Under the pieces are notes generated by a model. The model was given only the letters and a program-made list of their open reading frames with translations, ran no database searches and had not been told where the DNA came from. The position numbers and the translations under genes are program-made. Of a stretch of 64,000 bases of DNA, positions 1 to 9,416 are shown one piece after another. The DNA is from Clostridia bacterium (GTDB lineage Bacteria; Bacillota; Clostridia; Christensenellales; QALW01): contig JAZRXI010000023.1 in NCBI GenBank assembly GCA_045600145.1, positions 16,192-80,191 of the forward strand, read 5' to 3'. Numbering within the stretch: position 1 is the first letter of the stretch; each line of letters opens with the position of its first letter.

Positions 1-585
1 ATAGTGATGTTTGACCGCCTAACAGAAGAACACGCTTGGTACCCGGAAACGCAAAAAAATCGGCACTATTACGATGGTTGGGCGACAAACAAAGCCCACA
101 AGATAGACAAAAAGGCAATTATACCTTGCCACGGAGTGTTTGACAGTTGGGATGGTAAACCGCGTACATACAATGCTCACGGTATTATCCGAGATATAGA
201 AAAGATATTAAATTTCTTTGATGGGAAAATGGCAGAAGATATTCAAGATGTTGAAAGAACGCTTGATGTGTATTTCCGACAAGGAATAACGAAAAAAGTC
301 CCGTTCAAGTTTTTCTATGCCACATTCTACAAAAAAGGAACGATACATCTCGAATTTAATTGTCCCGAACTGATTGAGCGTTTTAACATTTACGCGGCAC
401 AAAATAAGAAATGGCTTCCACCTTGTTACGGCAAGAAAAAATATGCTGATTTAACCAAAGATGAAAAGGCAGTTATTGATAGTTTTCAAGGTGAAGAAGC
501 ATACAACGAGGTTTTACAAAGAGCCGATTATTATTTGGCGCCGGTAACGAACAAACAGGCACTATTGCCGGAGGCAACAGAATGA
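1..585 (+). CDS. phage protein truncated at its 5' end by the window edge; the C-terminal region resembles the DUF4942-type domain found on phage DNA N6-methyltransferases
   Basis: The frame is open from nt 1. Its stop overlaps the next ATG (ATGA at 582-585). The family call rests on motif recall only. Confidence 0.35.
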   Translation: MVMFDRLTEEHAWYPETQKNRHYYDGWATNKAHKIDKKAIIPCHGVFDSWDGKPRTYNAHGIIRDIEKILNFFDGKMAEDIQDVERTLDVYFRQGITKKVPFKFFYATFYKKGTIHLEFNCPELIERFNIYAAQNKKWLPPCYGKKKYADLTKDEKAVIDSFQGEEAYNEVLQRADYYLAPVTNKQALLPEATE

Positions 586-2393
586 GAGAACTGTTTGTAG
601 ATAATTTCGCAGGCGGTGGCGGTGCATCCACAGGAATAGAATTGGCAATCGGAAAGAGCGTTGATGTTGCAATCAATCACGACCCGGAAGCCATTGTAAT
701 GCACAAAGCGAATCATCCATACACAAAGCATTATTGCGAGGATGTATGGACGGTTGACCCGATAGAAGCGTGCAACGGAAATCCCGTTGCATTGGCTTGG
801 TTTTCGCCCGATTGTACGCATTTCAGTCGGGCGAAAGGCGGGAAACCTGTTGATAAGAACATTCGCGGATTGGCTTGGGTGTCTGTTAAATGGGCGTTCT
901 CGGTAAAGCCGAGGGTAATAATGATGGAAAATGTACCCGAAATACAGACTTGGGGACCTCTTGATGTGGATAACAAGCCTATCAAAGAAAGAATGGGAGA
1001 AACTTTTGAGGGCTTTGTACTTGCTCTAACAAAGGGCATTCCCCGAAATCATCCCGCATTTTCGGAGATGTGTGAAAGTCTGCAAGTGTCAGTAAATTCC
1101 GAAATTGCTTTGGCTTGTGAAAAAGGGCTCGGATATACGCTTGATTATAAGGTACTTAAATCGTGCGATTATGGAGCGCCGACATCAAGAACGCGGTTTT
1201 ATATGATAGCGCGATGCGATGGCAAACAAATCGTATGGCCGAAACCTACGCACGGACCGCAAGGAAGCAAAGCCGTAAAAGAAGGTCGTTTATTACCGTA
1301 CCATACCGCAGCCGAATGCATTGATTGGAGCATTGAAGCGACAAGTATATTTGAACGGAAAAAGCCGCTTGCAGAAAATACACTTAAAAGAATTGCAAAA
1401 GGAATTCAAAAGTTTGTCATCGACAATCCGGAGCCGTTTATCGTAACGGTAAATCATAGCGGGGAGTCTTTCAGAGGTCAAAGCATTGATAAACCGCTTA
1501 AAACGGTAACGGCAAAGCACGGTTACGGAATAGTAACGCCAACGATTATGTGTAATAACACGAACAACAACGGAGCGAGCGCAGACGACCCATTACCGAC
1601 CATTACAACAGGAAACAGGAACTATCTTGTTTCCCCCACCATAACGGCGATAGGTCAGCAATCGGGCGGCGATAGAACACGCTCCGCTGACAATCCTCTT
1701 TCAACGGTCGTGAGCAAAAACGAACATATTCTCGTGGCGCCGACATTGATTCAGTATCATTCCGAAACGAGCAAAGATGAAGTCAGAGGGCAAGAGATAG
1801 ACGAGCCACTTATGACACAAGACACCTCTAACAGATATGCGTTATCGGTCGCAAACATAATGAAAAATTACGGCGGTGGATATAAAGGACATGGGAGTGC
1901 GGTAGATGATCCGCTCGGAACGATAACCGAGCACGACCACAATAGCCTGGTTACTGCACACATTCTTATGATGCGGAATAATCAGTACGGGCAGTCCCCA
2001 TCAGAGCCGTTATCAACAATCGCGTGCAGCGGTGCGCATCACGCAGAAGTTCAAGCGTTTCTGATGAAATATAACCGAACAGGCGGACCGAAAGATGCAA
2101 ACAAACCGATAGACACAATTACTGCTAAGGACAGATTTGCCGTTGTTACCATTCACGGTGAGGAATACATAATCACGGATATTAAAATGCGAATGCTCCA
2201 ACCGAGAGAATTGTTTAATTGTCAAGGCTTTCCGAATGATTATATCATCGACCCGAAGATAGACGGCAAAGAATATCCAAAATATGAGCAAACGCGTAAA
2301 TGTGGGAATGCGGTAACACCACAAGTCCCTGAAGCGTTAGTAAGAGCAAACCTGCCGGAACACTGTAAATTCAGAGTAAGAGAGGCGATATAA
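582..2393 (+). CDS. DNA (cytosine-5)-methyltransferase with a long iterated variable region
   Basis: Motif I FAGGGGAS, PC motif SPDCTHFS, MENVPE, TSRTRFY, NCQGFP and CGNAVTP are present in canonical order. 603 aa. Confidence 0.9.
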   Translation: MRELFVDNFAGGGGASTGIELAIGKSVDVAINHDPEAIVMHKANHPYTKHYCEDVWTVDPIEACNGNPVALAWFSPDCTHFSRAKGGKPVDKNIRGLAWVSVKWAFSVKPRVIMMENVPEIQTWGPLDVDNKPIKERMGETFEGFVLALTKGIPRNHPAFSEMCESLQVSVNSEIALACEKGLGYTLDYKVLKSCDYGAPTSRTRFYMIARCDGKQIVWPKPTHGPQGSKAVKEGRLLPYHTAAECIDWSIEATSIFERKKPLAENTLKRIAKGIQKFVIDNPEPFIVTVNHSGESFRGQSIDKPLKTVTAKHGYGIVTPTIMCNNTNNNGASADDPLPTITTGNRNYLVSPTITAIGQQSGGDRTRSADNPLSTVVSKNEHILVAPTLIQYHSETSKDEVRGQEIDEPLMTQDTSNRYALSVANIMKNYGGGYKGHGSAVDDPLGTITEHDHNSLVTAHILMMRNNQYGQSPSEPLSTIACSGAHHAEVQAFLMKYNRTGGPKDANKPIDTITAKDRFAVVTIHGEEYIITDIKMRMLQPRELFNCQGFPNDYIIDPKIDGKEYPKYEQTRKCGNAVTPQVPEALVRANLPEHCKFRVREAI

Positions 2394-2395
2394 AA

Positions 2396-2833
2396 ATGGC
2401 AGAAAGTTTATGTTTGGTCGTTGACAATACAAAAGACGGCAAATGTTCAAACTGCGGTCAATGCTGTTCCGATATGTTGCCGCTCTCCGAAAAAGAAGTT
2501 CGGACAATCAAAAAGTATGTTAGCCGGAATCATATAAAAGAGCAACGGCACAATGTGGCAACGGGTGTAGATTTGACTTGCCCTTTCCGTGATGAACGGC
2601 AAAGAAAGTGCTTGATTTACGATGTCAGACCGGAAATATGCAGAGAGTTTATGTGCAATCAGAGCATAGACGAAATCCGAAGCCGCAGGGACGGCTTTCA
2701 CGATGTCAATCGCGTAGTGTTTATGAGAACGGAGTTTTACGGCAACACAGAAGATAGCGATTGGTATAACGAGACTGTCACGAAAATGCTCTTAAACGAA
2801 GTTGCAACGAACGGAGAATTGATGTTCAGATGA
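2396..2833 (+). CDS. YkgJ-family cysteine-cluster (zinc/iron-chelating) protein
   Basis: CSNCGQCC near the N-terminus, then CPF...KCLIYDVRPEICREF, which is typical of the CxxCxxCC family. Confidence 0.6.
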   Translation: MAESLCLVVDNTKDGKCSNCGQCCSDMLPLSEKEVRTIKKYVSRNHIKEQRHNVATGVDLTCPFRDERQRKCLIYDVRPEICREFMCNQSIDEIRSRRDGFHDVNRVVFMRTEFYGNTEDSDWYNETVTKMLLNEVATNGELMFR

Positions 2834-3588
2834 AAGCAATACTAAAATATCCGGGCGCAAAGTGGAGAATATCTGATTGGATAATCTCTCATTTCCCCGA
2901 ACACAAAGTATATCTTGAACCGTTCTTCGGCTCTGGCGGCGTTTTCTTCAATAAGCAACCCGCGTACATAGAAACCATAAACGATATTAACGGAGATATT
3001 GTCAATCTGTTTCGGGTGTGCAGAGAGCATCCAAAAGAACTTGCAAGAGTAATAGGGCTTACACCGTTTGCAAGAGATGAATTTCAAAACTGCAAAGATA
3101 CGGTGTCTGACCCTATTGAGCAAGCGAGGCGAACACTTGTAAGGTATCATCAGTCATTTGGAACGAGCAATAGTAGTAAGAACTCTTGGAGAAATGTCCA
3201 AACATACGGTGGACCGCGATGCGCGACTATGTGGAACGATTTGCCGGAGATAATTGTATCGTGTTGCGAAAGATTAAAAAACGCTCAAATCGAAAATACC
3301 GATGCGATAACACTAATATCCAGGTATAACGATGAAAGGACTTTGATATACTGCGACCCGCCATATCTTAAAAGTTTGCGTAAGCGCAATATATACAAAG
3401 ACGAAATGGATGATTTTAAGCACGAAGAATTATTGCGAGAGATTATTAAAAGCAAATCTATGGTAGTCATCAGTGGGTATGACAATGAACTGTATAACGA
3501 ATATCTGAAGGGTTGGAATACAGACTCAATAAGTACTACCGCACAGATGGGGCTTCCGAGAACAGAAAAAATATGGACTAACTTCTGA
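2830..3588 (+). CDS. DNA adenine methyltransferase (Dam family)
   Basis: N-terminal KYPGAKWR, SAM motif EPFFGSGGVFF and catalytic CDPPY. The start overlaps the upstream stop. Confidence 0.85.
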   Translation: MKAILKYPGAKWRISDWIISHFPEHKVYLEPFFGSGGVFFNKQPAYIETINDINGDIVNLFRVCREHPKELARVIGLTPFARDEFQNCKDTVSDPIEQARRTLVRYHQSFGTSNSSKNSWRNVQTYGGPRCATMWNDLPEIIVSCCERLKNAQIENTDAITLISRYNDERTLIYCDPPYLKSLRKRNIYKDEMDDFKHEELLREIIKSKSMVVISGYDNELYNEYLKGWNTDSISTTAQMGLPRTEKIWTNF

Positions 3589-3601
3589 AAGGAGAACTGC
3601 A

Positions 3602-3970
3602 ATGGAATTACATCCTACCAAATGCAATATATGCGGCGGCGAAGTTGAATACATAAGCAATGACAAAATATACGGCAGACCGTTCGGAAGCGGTTATTGT
3701 TACCGTTGCCGAAAATGCGGAGCGCGTGTAGGAACTCACAGGCCGCGCCCAAAAGATGCACTCGGTCTTTTGGCAAACGAGGAAATGCGCGAAATGAAGA
3801 TGAAGTGCCATTCTATCTTTGATTCTCATTGGCATACAAAGAAGCAACGGAAAAAGTGCTACAAAAAACTTGCAGAGGAAATGGGCATAGCAGTATCGAA
3901 CTGTCATTTCGGGTATTTTGATATCGCACAGCTGAACAAGGCTTACGAAATAATCAAAGGATGGTGCTGA
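3602..3970 (+). CDS. zinc-ribbon phage protein (DUF3268-like)
   Basis: CNICGG...CYRCRKCG Cys pairs; GGAG RBS upstream. Confidence 0.5.
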   Translation: MELHPTKCNICGGEVEYISNDKIYGRPFGSGYCYRCRKCGARVGTHRPRPKDALGLLANEEMREMKMKCHSIFDSHWHTKKQRKKCYKKLAEEMGIAVSNCHFGYFDIAQLNKAYEIIKGWC

Positions 3971-3971
3971 T

Positions 3972-4190
3972 ATGGTTGAGCATTGTAAGAACTGCATATT
4001 TGCAAAGAATTGTCTTCATTATGAAACCGGCGCCTGCATCCACAAAGACCAAGATTGCGATTCGTGCGCCGCGGAATGCTTTTTGTGTAAATACGAAGAT
4101 ACCTGTGTCGCAAGTTGCAAAGGGAAAGAATGTACCGAATGCGACTTTTATCAAAAAATTTGTAAGGGCGGTGAACAGTATGATTCGTAA
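3972..4190 (+). CDS. small cysteine-rich protein
   Basis: 72 aa with about 14 Cys (CKNCIFAKNCLHYETGAC...). It reads better than the overlapping 3961 frame. Confidence 0.45.
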   Translation: MVEHCKNCIFAKNCLHYETGACIHKDQDCDSCAAECFLCKYEDTCVASCKGKECTECDFYQKICKGGEQYDS

Positions 4191-4524
4191 TGATTTTACA
4201 ATTCAACTTGTCAAAAATACATTGGCAGAAAAAGCAATGTCGGCGGCTACCCCAAAAAAGTATAGCGGCACAATGTTTGAAGCAGCAGAAATTATAGAGC
4301 AACTGCGCAAAGAACTTGAAAGAGCAAAGTCAGATCTGCAGGATATGGCAAAGACGGTCGAAAATATCCGAATAGAAGCAGAGCCCGAAACAAACGACAA
4401 AACTGACGATATGCTTTCTTCGTTTTGCGAAAGATATTGTAAAAATGCCGGTACGAACTGTTTTAAGGAAGGTGCCGAGCCGTGCATCTGTGATAATTGG
4501 AAATGGAGAGGAGAACGGGAATGA
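4180..4524 (+). CDS. hypothetical phage protein (coiled-coil, Cys-rich C-terminus)
   Basis: Internal ATG of ORF 3961-4524. This ATG overlaps the stop of 3972-4190. The upstream part of the long ORF looks like out-of-frame noise. Confidence 0.4.
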   Translation: MIRNDFTIQLVKNTLAEKAMSAATPKKYSGTMFEAAEIIEQLRKELERAKSDLQDMAKTVENIRIEAEPETNDKTDDMLSSFCERYCKNAGTNCFKEGAEPCICDNWKWRGERE

Positions 4525-5240
4525 GCGAAAATCAATTTGTACTTGAAGCGAAACGCCGTATGGCTATGGCAAAAGCGCGGGAAATGAGATATCGAAAACC
4601 GATGCTTTCCTCTATCGGTTGGTACGAAATCTCGGAAGGACTAAACGATATTGAAACTGCGTGTTCTGAGGTACATTGGTTTTTTGACGATGAAAAAAAT
4701 CTTGTATCTGCGTTTGACGGAAATGATGATGAAGCGTGGGAATTCCGTATGGTTTTTTCCGACATTGAAACAAACGCCGACCGTTTGAGATGCTCGTTAG
4801 ATGAAATCATTCGCGAAATGTATGATGACAGCGAAGACGATATTGAGGATTACTTCAACACTTGCACAGTTGCTCTTCTCGGCAATAGATATGAGGTACT
4901 CGGTTTTGATACATACCAAGAGGATTATTACTCCCTTACACGATATGAAATGAACTTGGCTACCACAGAAGCAGGAAAGAAGCTTATGCGGAAAACCAAA
5001 GCAGAAATAATATCTTCTATCGGGCATTGTATGAGTATTGTTCTTGCGTATTCTGACCTTAAGACGCAATATGACAATATTTCTTCCGCACTCGATATAC
5101 TGCGTGGGACAAATCAAGGCATCCTCGACACAATACAAAAAATCAACGATGCGTATGACAAAGCAAACGATGAATGGGAAGACCAAAAAGAATACAACAA
5201 ACTTCTCCGCAGTTTGCCGGATGAAGTTTGGATATGTTAA
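4521..5240 (+). CDS. hypothetical acidic phage protein
   Basis: The ATG at 4521 overlaps the upstream stop (ATGA) and follows GGAGAGGAG. 239 aa. Confidence 0.5.
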   Translation: MSENQFVLEAKRRMAMAKAREMRYRKPMLSSIGWYEISEGLNDIETACSEVHWFFDDEKNLVSAFDGNDDEAWEFRMVFSDIETNADRLRCSLDEIIREMYDDSEDDIEDYFNTCTVALLGNRYEVLGFDTYQEDYYSLTRYEMNLATTEAGKKLMRKTKAEIISSIGHCMSIVLAYSDLKTQYDNISSALDILRGTNQGILDTIQKINDAYDKANDEWEDQKEYNKLLRSLPDEVWIC

Positions 5241-5259
5241 AGAAAAAGGAGACCGAAAA

Positions 5260-5943
5260 ATGAAACCGATATATGAGCCGCGCGGCGCCGCAAAAGAATA
5301 TGGCGATTTAGCCATAAACATTTACACGGGATGCCCGCACCGATGCTTTTATTGCTTCGCGCCCAGCGTTCTGCGCAAAGAAAAAGAAGCCTTTCATAGT
5401 ATAGTTGAGCCGAGAAAAAACATCGTGGAAGAAGTCAAAAAGCAAATCGAACGAGAACACATAACAGGAAAACTCATTCACCTTTGCTTTACCTGCGACC
5501 CTTACCCTATCGGCTATGACAGTACACCGACACGGGAGATAATCAAAATTATCAAAGAGAGCGGAAACAATGTTCAGATACTAACCAAAGGCGATGGCAG
5601 TAGAGATTTCGACCTGCTCGATGAAAACGATTGGTACGGTATAACGCTTGACGGAATAATGGGCGTTAAAGGATATTCCAAAAGATTGCACAGCATTTTT
5701 GAAGCGAAAAAGAAAGGCATTAAAACTTGGGTATCGTTTGAGCCGGTTACTGACGAAGAAAACTTTTATGACGAATTAGAATTTATTTACACAGTTGTAA
5801 ACAAAGTGAAAATCGGAAAACTCAATTATCATCCGTCTAACATTGATTGGGCAGAATTTGGGCGTAGAGCCGAGAGGATGTGTCAAAACCGAAAAATTGA
5901 ATATTACATCAAAGATTCTCTGCGAAAGGAAATGACGAAATGA
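5260..5943 (+). CDS. radical SAM protein (SplB/COG1533-like)
   Basis: CPHRCFYCF (CxxxCxxC) about 25 aa from the ATG at 5260; AAGGAG RBS. The longer 5038 start is unsupported. Confidence 0.75.
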   Translation: MKPIYEPRGAAKEYGDLAINIYTGCPHRCFYCFAPSVLRKEKEAFHSIVEPRKNIVEEVKKQIEREHITGKLIHLCFTCDPYPIGYDSTPTREIIKIIKESGNNVQILTKGDGSRDFDLLDENDWYGITLDGIMGVKGYSKRLHSIFEAKKKGIKTWVSFEPVTDEENFYDELEFIYTVVNKVKIGKLNYHPSNIDWAEFGRRAERMCQNRKIEYYIKDSLRKEMTK

Positions 5944-6527
5944 AACCTATATTATTTAATACCGATATGGTCGAAGCAATTATGAACGGTCAAAAGACCT
6001 GCACTCGAAGAATTCTCAAAACAAACAAATTCCCCGACAAAGACATTGAGTTTGGATATACTGCATTTACGCCGAAGGGATATATCTCTGTTAGAGGATA
6101 TTACGGCGAACATTATGGTGAAGCGTTTGTCAAACTACCTTATAATCCCGGCGATACTTTGTATGTCAGAGAAACTTTTTCTCCCGTCAATGTTATTCCG
6201 AAGCGATATTTGTATAAGACGCATTGCCCGGAAGCAAATGGACTTCCGATAAGATGGCGCCCATCAATACATATGCCAAAGGAAGCGGCACGGGTTTTCT
6301 TAAAAGTGAAAACCGTAACTGTTCAACGTCTAAAAGATATGGTGCTCGCCGATGTCCTTTGCGAAGGCATTTCAGAAGAAGACACCTACGAGAAAACTTG
6401 GGATAAATGGCACAGATTATGGGATAGTACCGTTCCGGCTGACAAACTTGATGTTTACGGATGCAATGCTAACCCGTATGTATGGGTAATTTCGTTTGAA
6501 AGGGTTGAAAAAGACGATGACCGGTGA
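5940..6527 (+). CDS. ASCH/PUA-like domain protein
   Basis: N-terminal ILFNTDMVEAIMNGQKTCTRR...GDTLYVRETF pattern; coupled start. Confidence 0.55.
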   Translation: MKPILFNTDMVEAIMNGQKTCTRRILKTNKFPDKDIEFGYTAFTPKGYISVRGYYGEHYGEAFVKLPYNPGDTLYVRETFSPVNVIPKRYLYKTHCPEANGLPIRWRPSIHMPKEAARVFLKVKTVTVQRLKDMVLADVLCEGISEEDTYEKTWDKWHRLWDSTVPADKLDVYGCNANPYVWVISFERVEKDDDR

Positions 6528-6975
6528 AGAAAAAAAGAACATAAAAATCGAACTCAAATCAAGAAAAATTGTCGCAAAGAAACTTGAATCGGCAATAAAA
6601 TCTCTCCGAAAAATAACAGATAGGCAAAAAGCGGAACGAGAAGAGCGCAAGCAACATTTGAGCGAATACAAAAACGAAAGGGATTTGCAAGATGCTTACG
6701 GATGGGGCTTTATTGAAGAAGAGGAATATGACCGGCTGCGTAAAGCGATGCAGGACGGAATTGAAACTATTGATTCAGAGAAAACCGCCGAAGAAATTGC
6801 TTTGGAAATCATAAGCGGTTGGAGAAAACTTATGAATTCTGATATATCAGACTTGGAATTTCAACTGCTACCGGCAAAAGAACAAGACCGTATAAGAGAG
6901 CAGAATTATCAAATTATCTTGAAGCGTCAAGCCCGAAATCAGCAAAAGAAAGGAGTGAGAAGCGATGACATATGA
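6517..6975 (+). CDS. hypothetical coiled-coil protein
   Basis: The ATG at 6517 overlaps the upstream stop region. Lys/Glu-rich, 152 aa. Confidence 0.45.
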   Translation: MTGEEKKNIKIELKSRKIVAKKLESAIKSLRKITDRQKAEREERKQHLSEYKNERDLQDAYGWGFIEEEEYDRLRKAMQDGIETIDSEKTAEEIALEIISGWRKLMNSDISDLEFQLLPAKEQDRIREQNYQIILKRQARNQQKKGVRSDDI

Positions 6976-7252
6976 AGATGTAAAAAACATCAGAAAAAGT
7001 CCTACTCACTCAATCGTTGACGGCGGAAGCGATTATAAGGAACTGTCAAGAATGATTGACGATGCCATAGAAAAGCAGATAAAAAAGAAGCCGATTATGG
7101 GGAAATCGAAAAATATATGCTTTGATGATTTTTTTTGCCCATCCTGTAATAAAAGGATAATTTCTCGACTTGATGGAGAATGGATTGTGGGGAAAACACA
7201 AAAGTATTGCGATGAATGCGGTCAAGCATTAGATTGGGGTGATAATGAATGA
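6965..7252 (+). CDS. zinc-ribbon protein, paralog family A (EKQI-KKP ... CPxC ... CxxCGQ)
   Basis: CPSCNKR...CDECGQALDW. Shares MTYE-, EKQIxKKP and CxxCGQ with 10017 and 10318. Confidence 0.55.
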   Translation: MTYEDVKNIRKSPTHSIVDGGSDYKELSRMIDDAIEKQIKKKPIMGKSKNICFDDFFCPSCNKRIISRLDGEWIVGKTQKYCDECGQALDWGDNE

Positions 7253-7386
7253 TATGTTTACTTAAGTTTCTATACTGGGAAGCTTGGAAACAAAGCGGAA
7301 AAAATAAATTTTTATCTTGCGACGAGTGTTATTGTCGAAACGATTGCAAAGATAGAAAAAATGAAACGGGAGGGAAGCAAATATGA
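7249..7386 (+). CDS. small Cys-rich protein (45 aa), absent from the ORF track
   Basis: ATG 7249 overlaps the upstream stop (ATGA), and its own stop overlaps the next ATG at 7383 (ATGA). Sequence ...CDECYCRNDC... Confidence 0.4.
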   Translation: MICLLKFLYWEAWKQSGKNKFLSCDECYCRNDCKDRKNETGGKQI

Positions 7387-7568
7387 AAACCTATGGAATG
7401 TTGTATCAAGAATTTATCAGCAAAACAAAAATAAGCACAAATACAATAGATGATTATAGACCTTGTTGTGAAATGTTTGGTGTTCCCAATATCAACAATG
7501 CTATTCTGATATGGCTTAAAGACGGCACAAAACTCATTTATATATCAAATCAAGAGGGTGAAGAATAA
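7383..7568 (+). CDS. hypothetical protein
   Basis: 61-aa ORF preceded by GGGAGGGAAG RBS. Confidence 0.45.
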   Translation: MKTYGMLYQEFISKTKISTNTIDDYRPCCEMFGVPNINNAILIWLKDGTKLIYISNQEGEE

Positions 7569-7810
7569 TGCCAAGATATGTGGATATAAATGATGTCGAA
7601 AGCGAACTTATGATAAACTCCCCTCTGCTCTATGAAGAAATACAAGAATATCTCAGCAATGTTCCTACCGCTACTGTTCAACCGACTGTTAGAGCAAAAT
7701 GGAACGAAACTCCAACGCAGTTTAAGTGCTCGGTTTGCGGAACAACACAGTTGTTAAAAAGCAATTATTGCCCTCATTGCGGAGCAGATATGCGAGGAGA
7801 TAAACGATGA
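7568..7810 (+). CDS. zinc-ribbon protein
   Basis: CSVCG...CPHCG; coupled start. Confidence 0.5.
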   Translation: MPRYVDINDVESELMINSPLLYEEIQEYLSNVPTATVQPTVRAKWNETPTQFKCSVCGTTQLLKSNYCPHCGADMRGDKR

Positions 7811-8307
7811 ACAGAAAAGATACGACAAAGTTTCTCGGCGAATTGCTTATAAGAGATAAGTTTTCGGGAATGTCAAAGTATTGGGCGAGCGAAGTTACTT
7901 TGGATTACGGCACAAAGGATGTCAAGAGAGTTGACTTTATGCAGTTTGTCCCGGTGAATCAATACTCTATAAGCGGTTTGGAAAAGGGTGTGTTCTGCTG
8001 CTATGAAGTTAAAAGTTGCAAAGCGGACTTCAATAGCGGTTTCGGCAAGAATTTCATAGCAGAAAAGAACTATTTTGTAATGCCGATGGAACTGTATAAA
8101 GAAGTGGTCAACGAAATTCCTCATTATGTTGGTGTCTTATGCCCTATTCATTCTACCAAAGACAAATATGGGGAATTTGAAAAGCCGACAGAATTATACG
8201 AAGATACGGCATATTGGCGATTGGAAACCATAAAACCTGCGGTATCAACAGAACGGAAACGGTCAATCACCGAATTACTATTTTGTATGTTAAGGAGTGG
8301 GAAATAA
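7807..8307 (+). CDS. PD-(D/E)XK nuclease-like protein (MmcB/DUF1052-like)
   Basis: VDFMQF ... CYEVKSCKADF (D...E-x-K arrangement). Family assignment is tentative. Confidence 0.4.
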   Translation: MNRKDTTKFLGELLIRDKFSGMSKYWASEVTLDYGTKDVKRVDFMQFVPVNQYSISGLEKGVFCCYEVKSCKADFNSGFGKNFIAEKNYFVMPMELYKEVVNEIPHYVGVLCPIHSTKDKYGEFEKPTELYEDTAYWRLETIKPAVSTERKRSITELLFCMLRSGK

Positions 8308-8532
8308 ATGGAACTGGATATGGAACTGGATGCGGAAGTGCTACACGAAAAAGCATGCGCAACCTGCGGTATGACAATAGAGGGCAATTATTTCAAAGTG
8401 GGAGACAACTTTTTACAGGTAAAATACTTTGATGACGAGGACACCGAAAATGTGTTTTGCTCAAAAGATTGTTTGTGCAAGGCATTAAGCGTGTTAGAGA
8501 TTGACGAGGAAGGAGAAGCTTACCCAGTATGA
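8308..8532 (+). CDS. hypothetical acidic protein
   Basis: 74-aa ORF immediately after the upstream stop. Confidence 0.4.
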   Translation: MELDMELDAEVLHEKACATCGMTIEGNYFKVGDNFLQVKYFDDEDTENVFCSKDCLCKALSVLEIDEEGEAYPV

Positions 8533-8873
8533 AAGAAACAGTTGGATTTACTATTGCAGGGAACGATGCAGAAGAAATGCTGAATGCTTCCCCACTTTTT
8601 GAAAGTCAAATCGTTAAAATTCAAGAAGCCATTAAGCAAGAAGAAAATAAGGCTTTTTATGAAGCGTGTTATAAAATTCACATTGACCCCGAAATAGTAG
8701 AAAAGCAAGCAAAATTGATAGAAAAACTCCAATTTTCGCTTGACATACTCGGCAATCAATATGTCGGGTGCAATTTTACCGCTTTTATGGATTTGCAACG
8801 AGAAAACATATTGCTTAAAAAACAAATTACCGATATAAAGAAAATTTTGGGAGTGGACGAAAATGACTTGTAA
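8529..8873 (+). CDS. hypothetical protein
   Basis: 114-aa ORF with a coupled start. Confidence 0.4.
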   Translation: MKETVGFTIAGNDAEEMLNASPLFESQIVKIQEAIKQEENKAFYEACYKIHIDPEIVEKQAKLIEKLQFSLDILGNQYVGCNFTAFMDLQRENILLKKQITDIKKILGVDENDL

Positions 8874-9252
8874 AGATTGTTTACATTATGAAGCGTGCAA
8901 AGGCACATATTACGAGATTCACGAATTTGGCAATTTTGACGAAGAAGGTTATGCAAGCAGTAAATGCGACCATTTCAAAGACAAATCAAAAAATATTGAA
9001 GTGCCGTGCAAGGATGGGGATATTATAACAGCTTTATGGGACGTACCGACGACAAGTAAGTATGTTCCATATTTGGCAGAGGTTAAAGAGTTCAGGCAAT
9101 CTAAACGAAACGGCGAGGTTGTATGTACTGTAAGTGTTGAGCCAATTGAGTATCGTGGCAGAAGAAAAGAGTATAGAGTTAACGAATTTGGAAAACTGTT
9201 GTTCTTTTCCTATGATGAAGCGGCAAAATCATTAAAGGATGTGCAGGAATGA
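8863..9252 (+). CDS. hypothetical protein with N-terminal CxxCxHYxxC motif
   Basis: 129-aa ORF starting MTCKDCLHYEACKG. Confidence 0.4.
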   Translation: MTCKDCLHYEACKGTYYEIHEFGNFDEEGYASSKCDHFKDKSKNIEVPCKDGDIITALWDVPTTSKYVPYLAEVKEFRQSKRNGEVVCTVSVEPIEYRGRRKEYRVNEFGKLLFFSYDEAAKSLKDVQE

Positions 9253-9416
9253 AAAATATATTGTGCTTACTCGGATTTCACAAGCCAAGAAAAAATTGGT
9301 GCATTGTTGAGTACCGAGATAACGGCAAACGAAAATGGCAACGAACATACGTTGTTTGCAAGAGATGCGACAAAAAATTATATCCGATATCAAAGGAGCG
9401 TGAAAACAATGCGTGA
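9249..9416 (+). CDS. small zinc-finger protein (55 aa), absent from the ORF track
   Basis: ATG 9249 overlaps the upstream stop (ATGA). Sequence MKNILCLLGFHKPRKNW...CKRCDKK. Its stop overlaps the YopX start. Confidence 0.4.
   Translation: MKNILCLLGFHKPRKNWCIVEYRDNGKRKWQRTYVVCKRCDKKLYPISKERENNA

Noticed and set aside
3961-4179. The first 73 codons of the 187-aa ORF 3961-4524.
   Set aside because: The sequence is noise-like and overlaps the better Cys-rich ORF 3972-4190 in another frame. The real gene probably starts at 4180.
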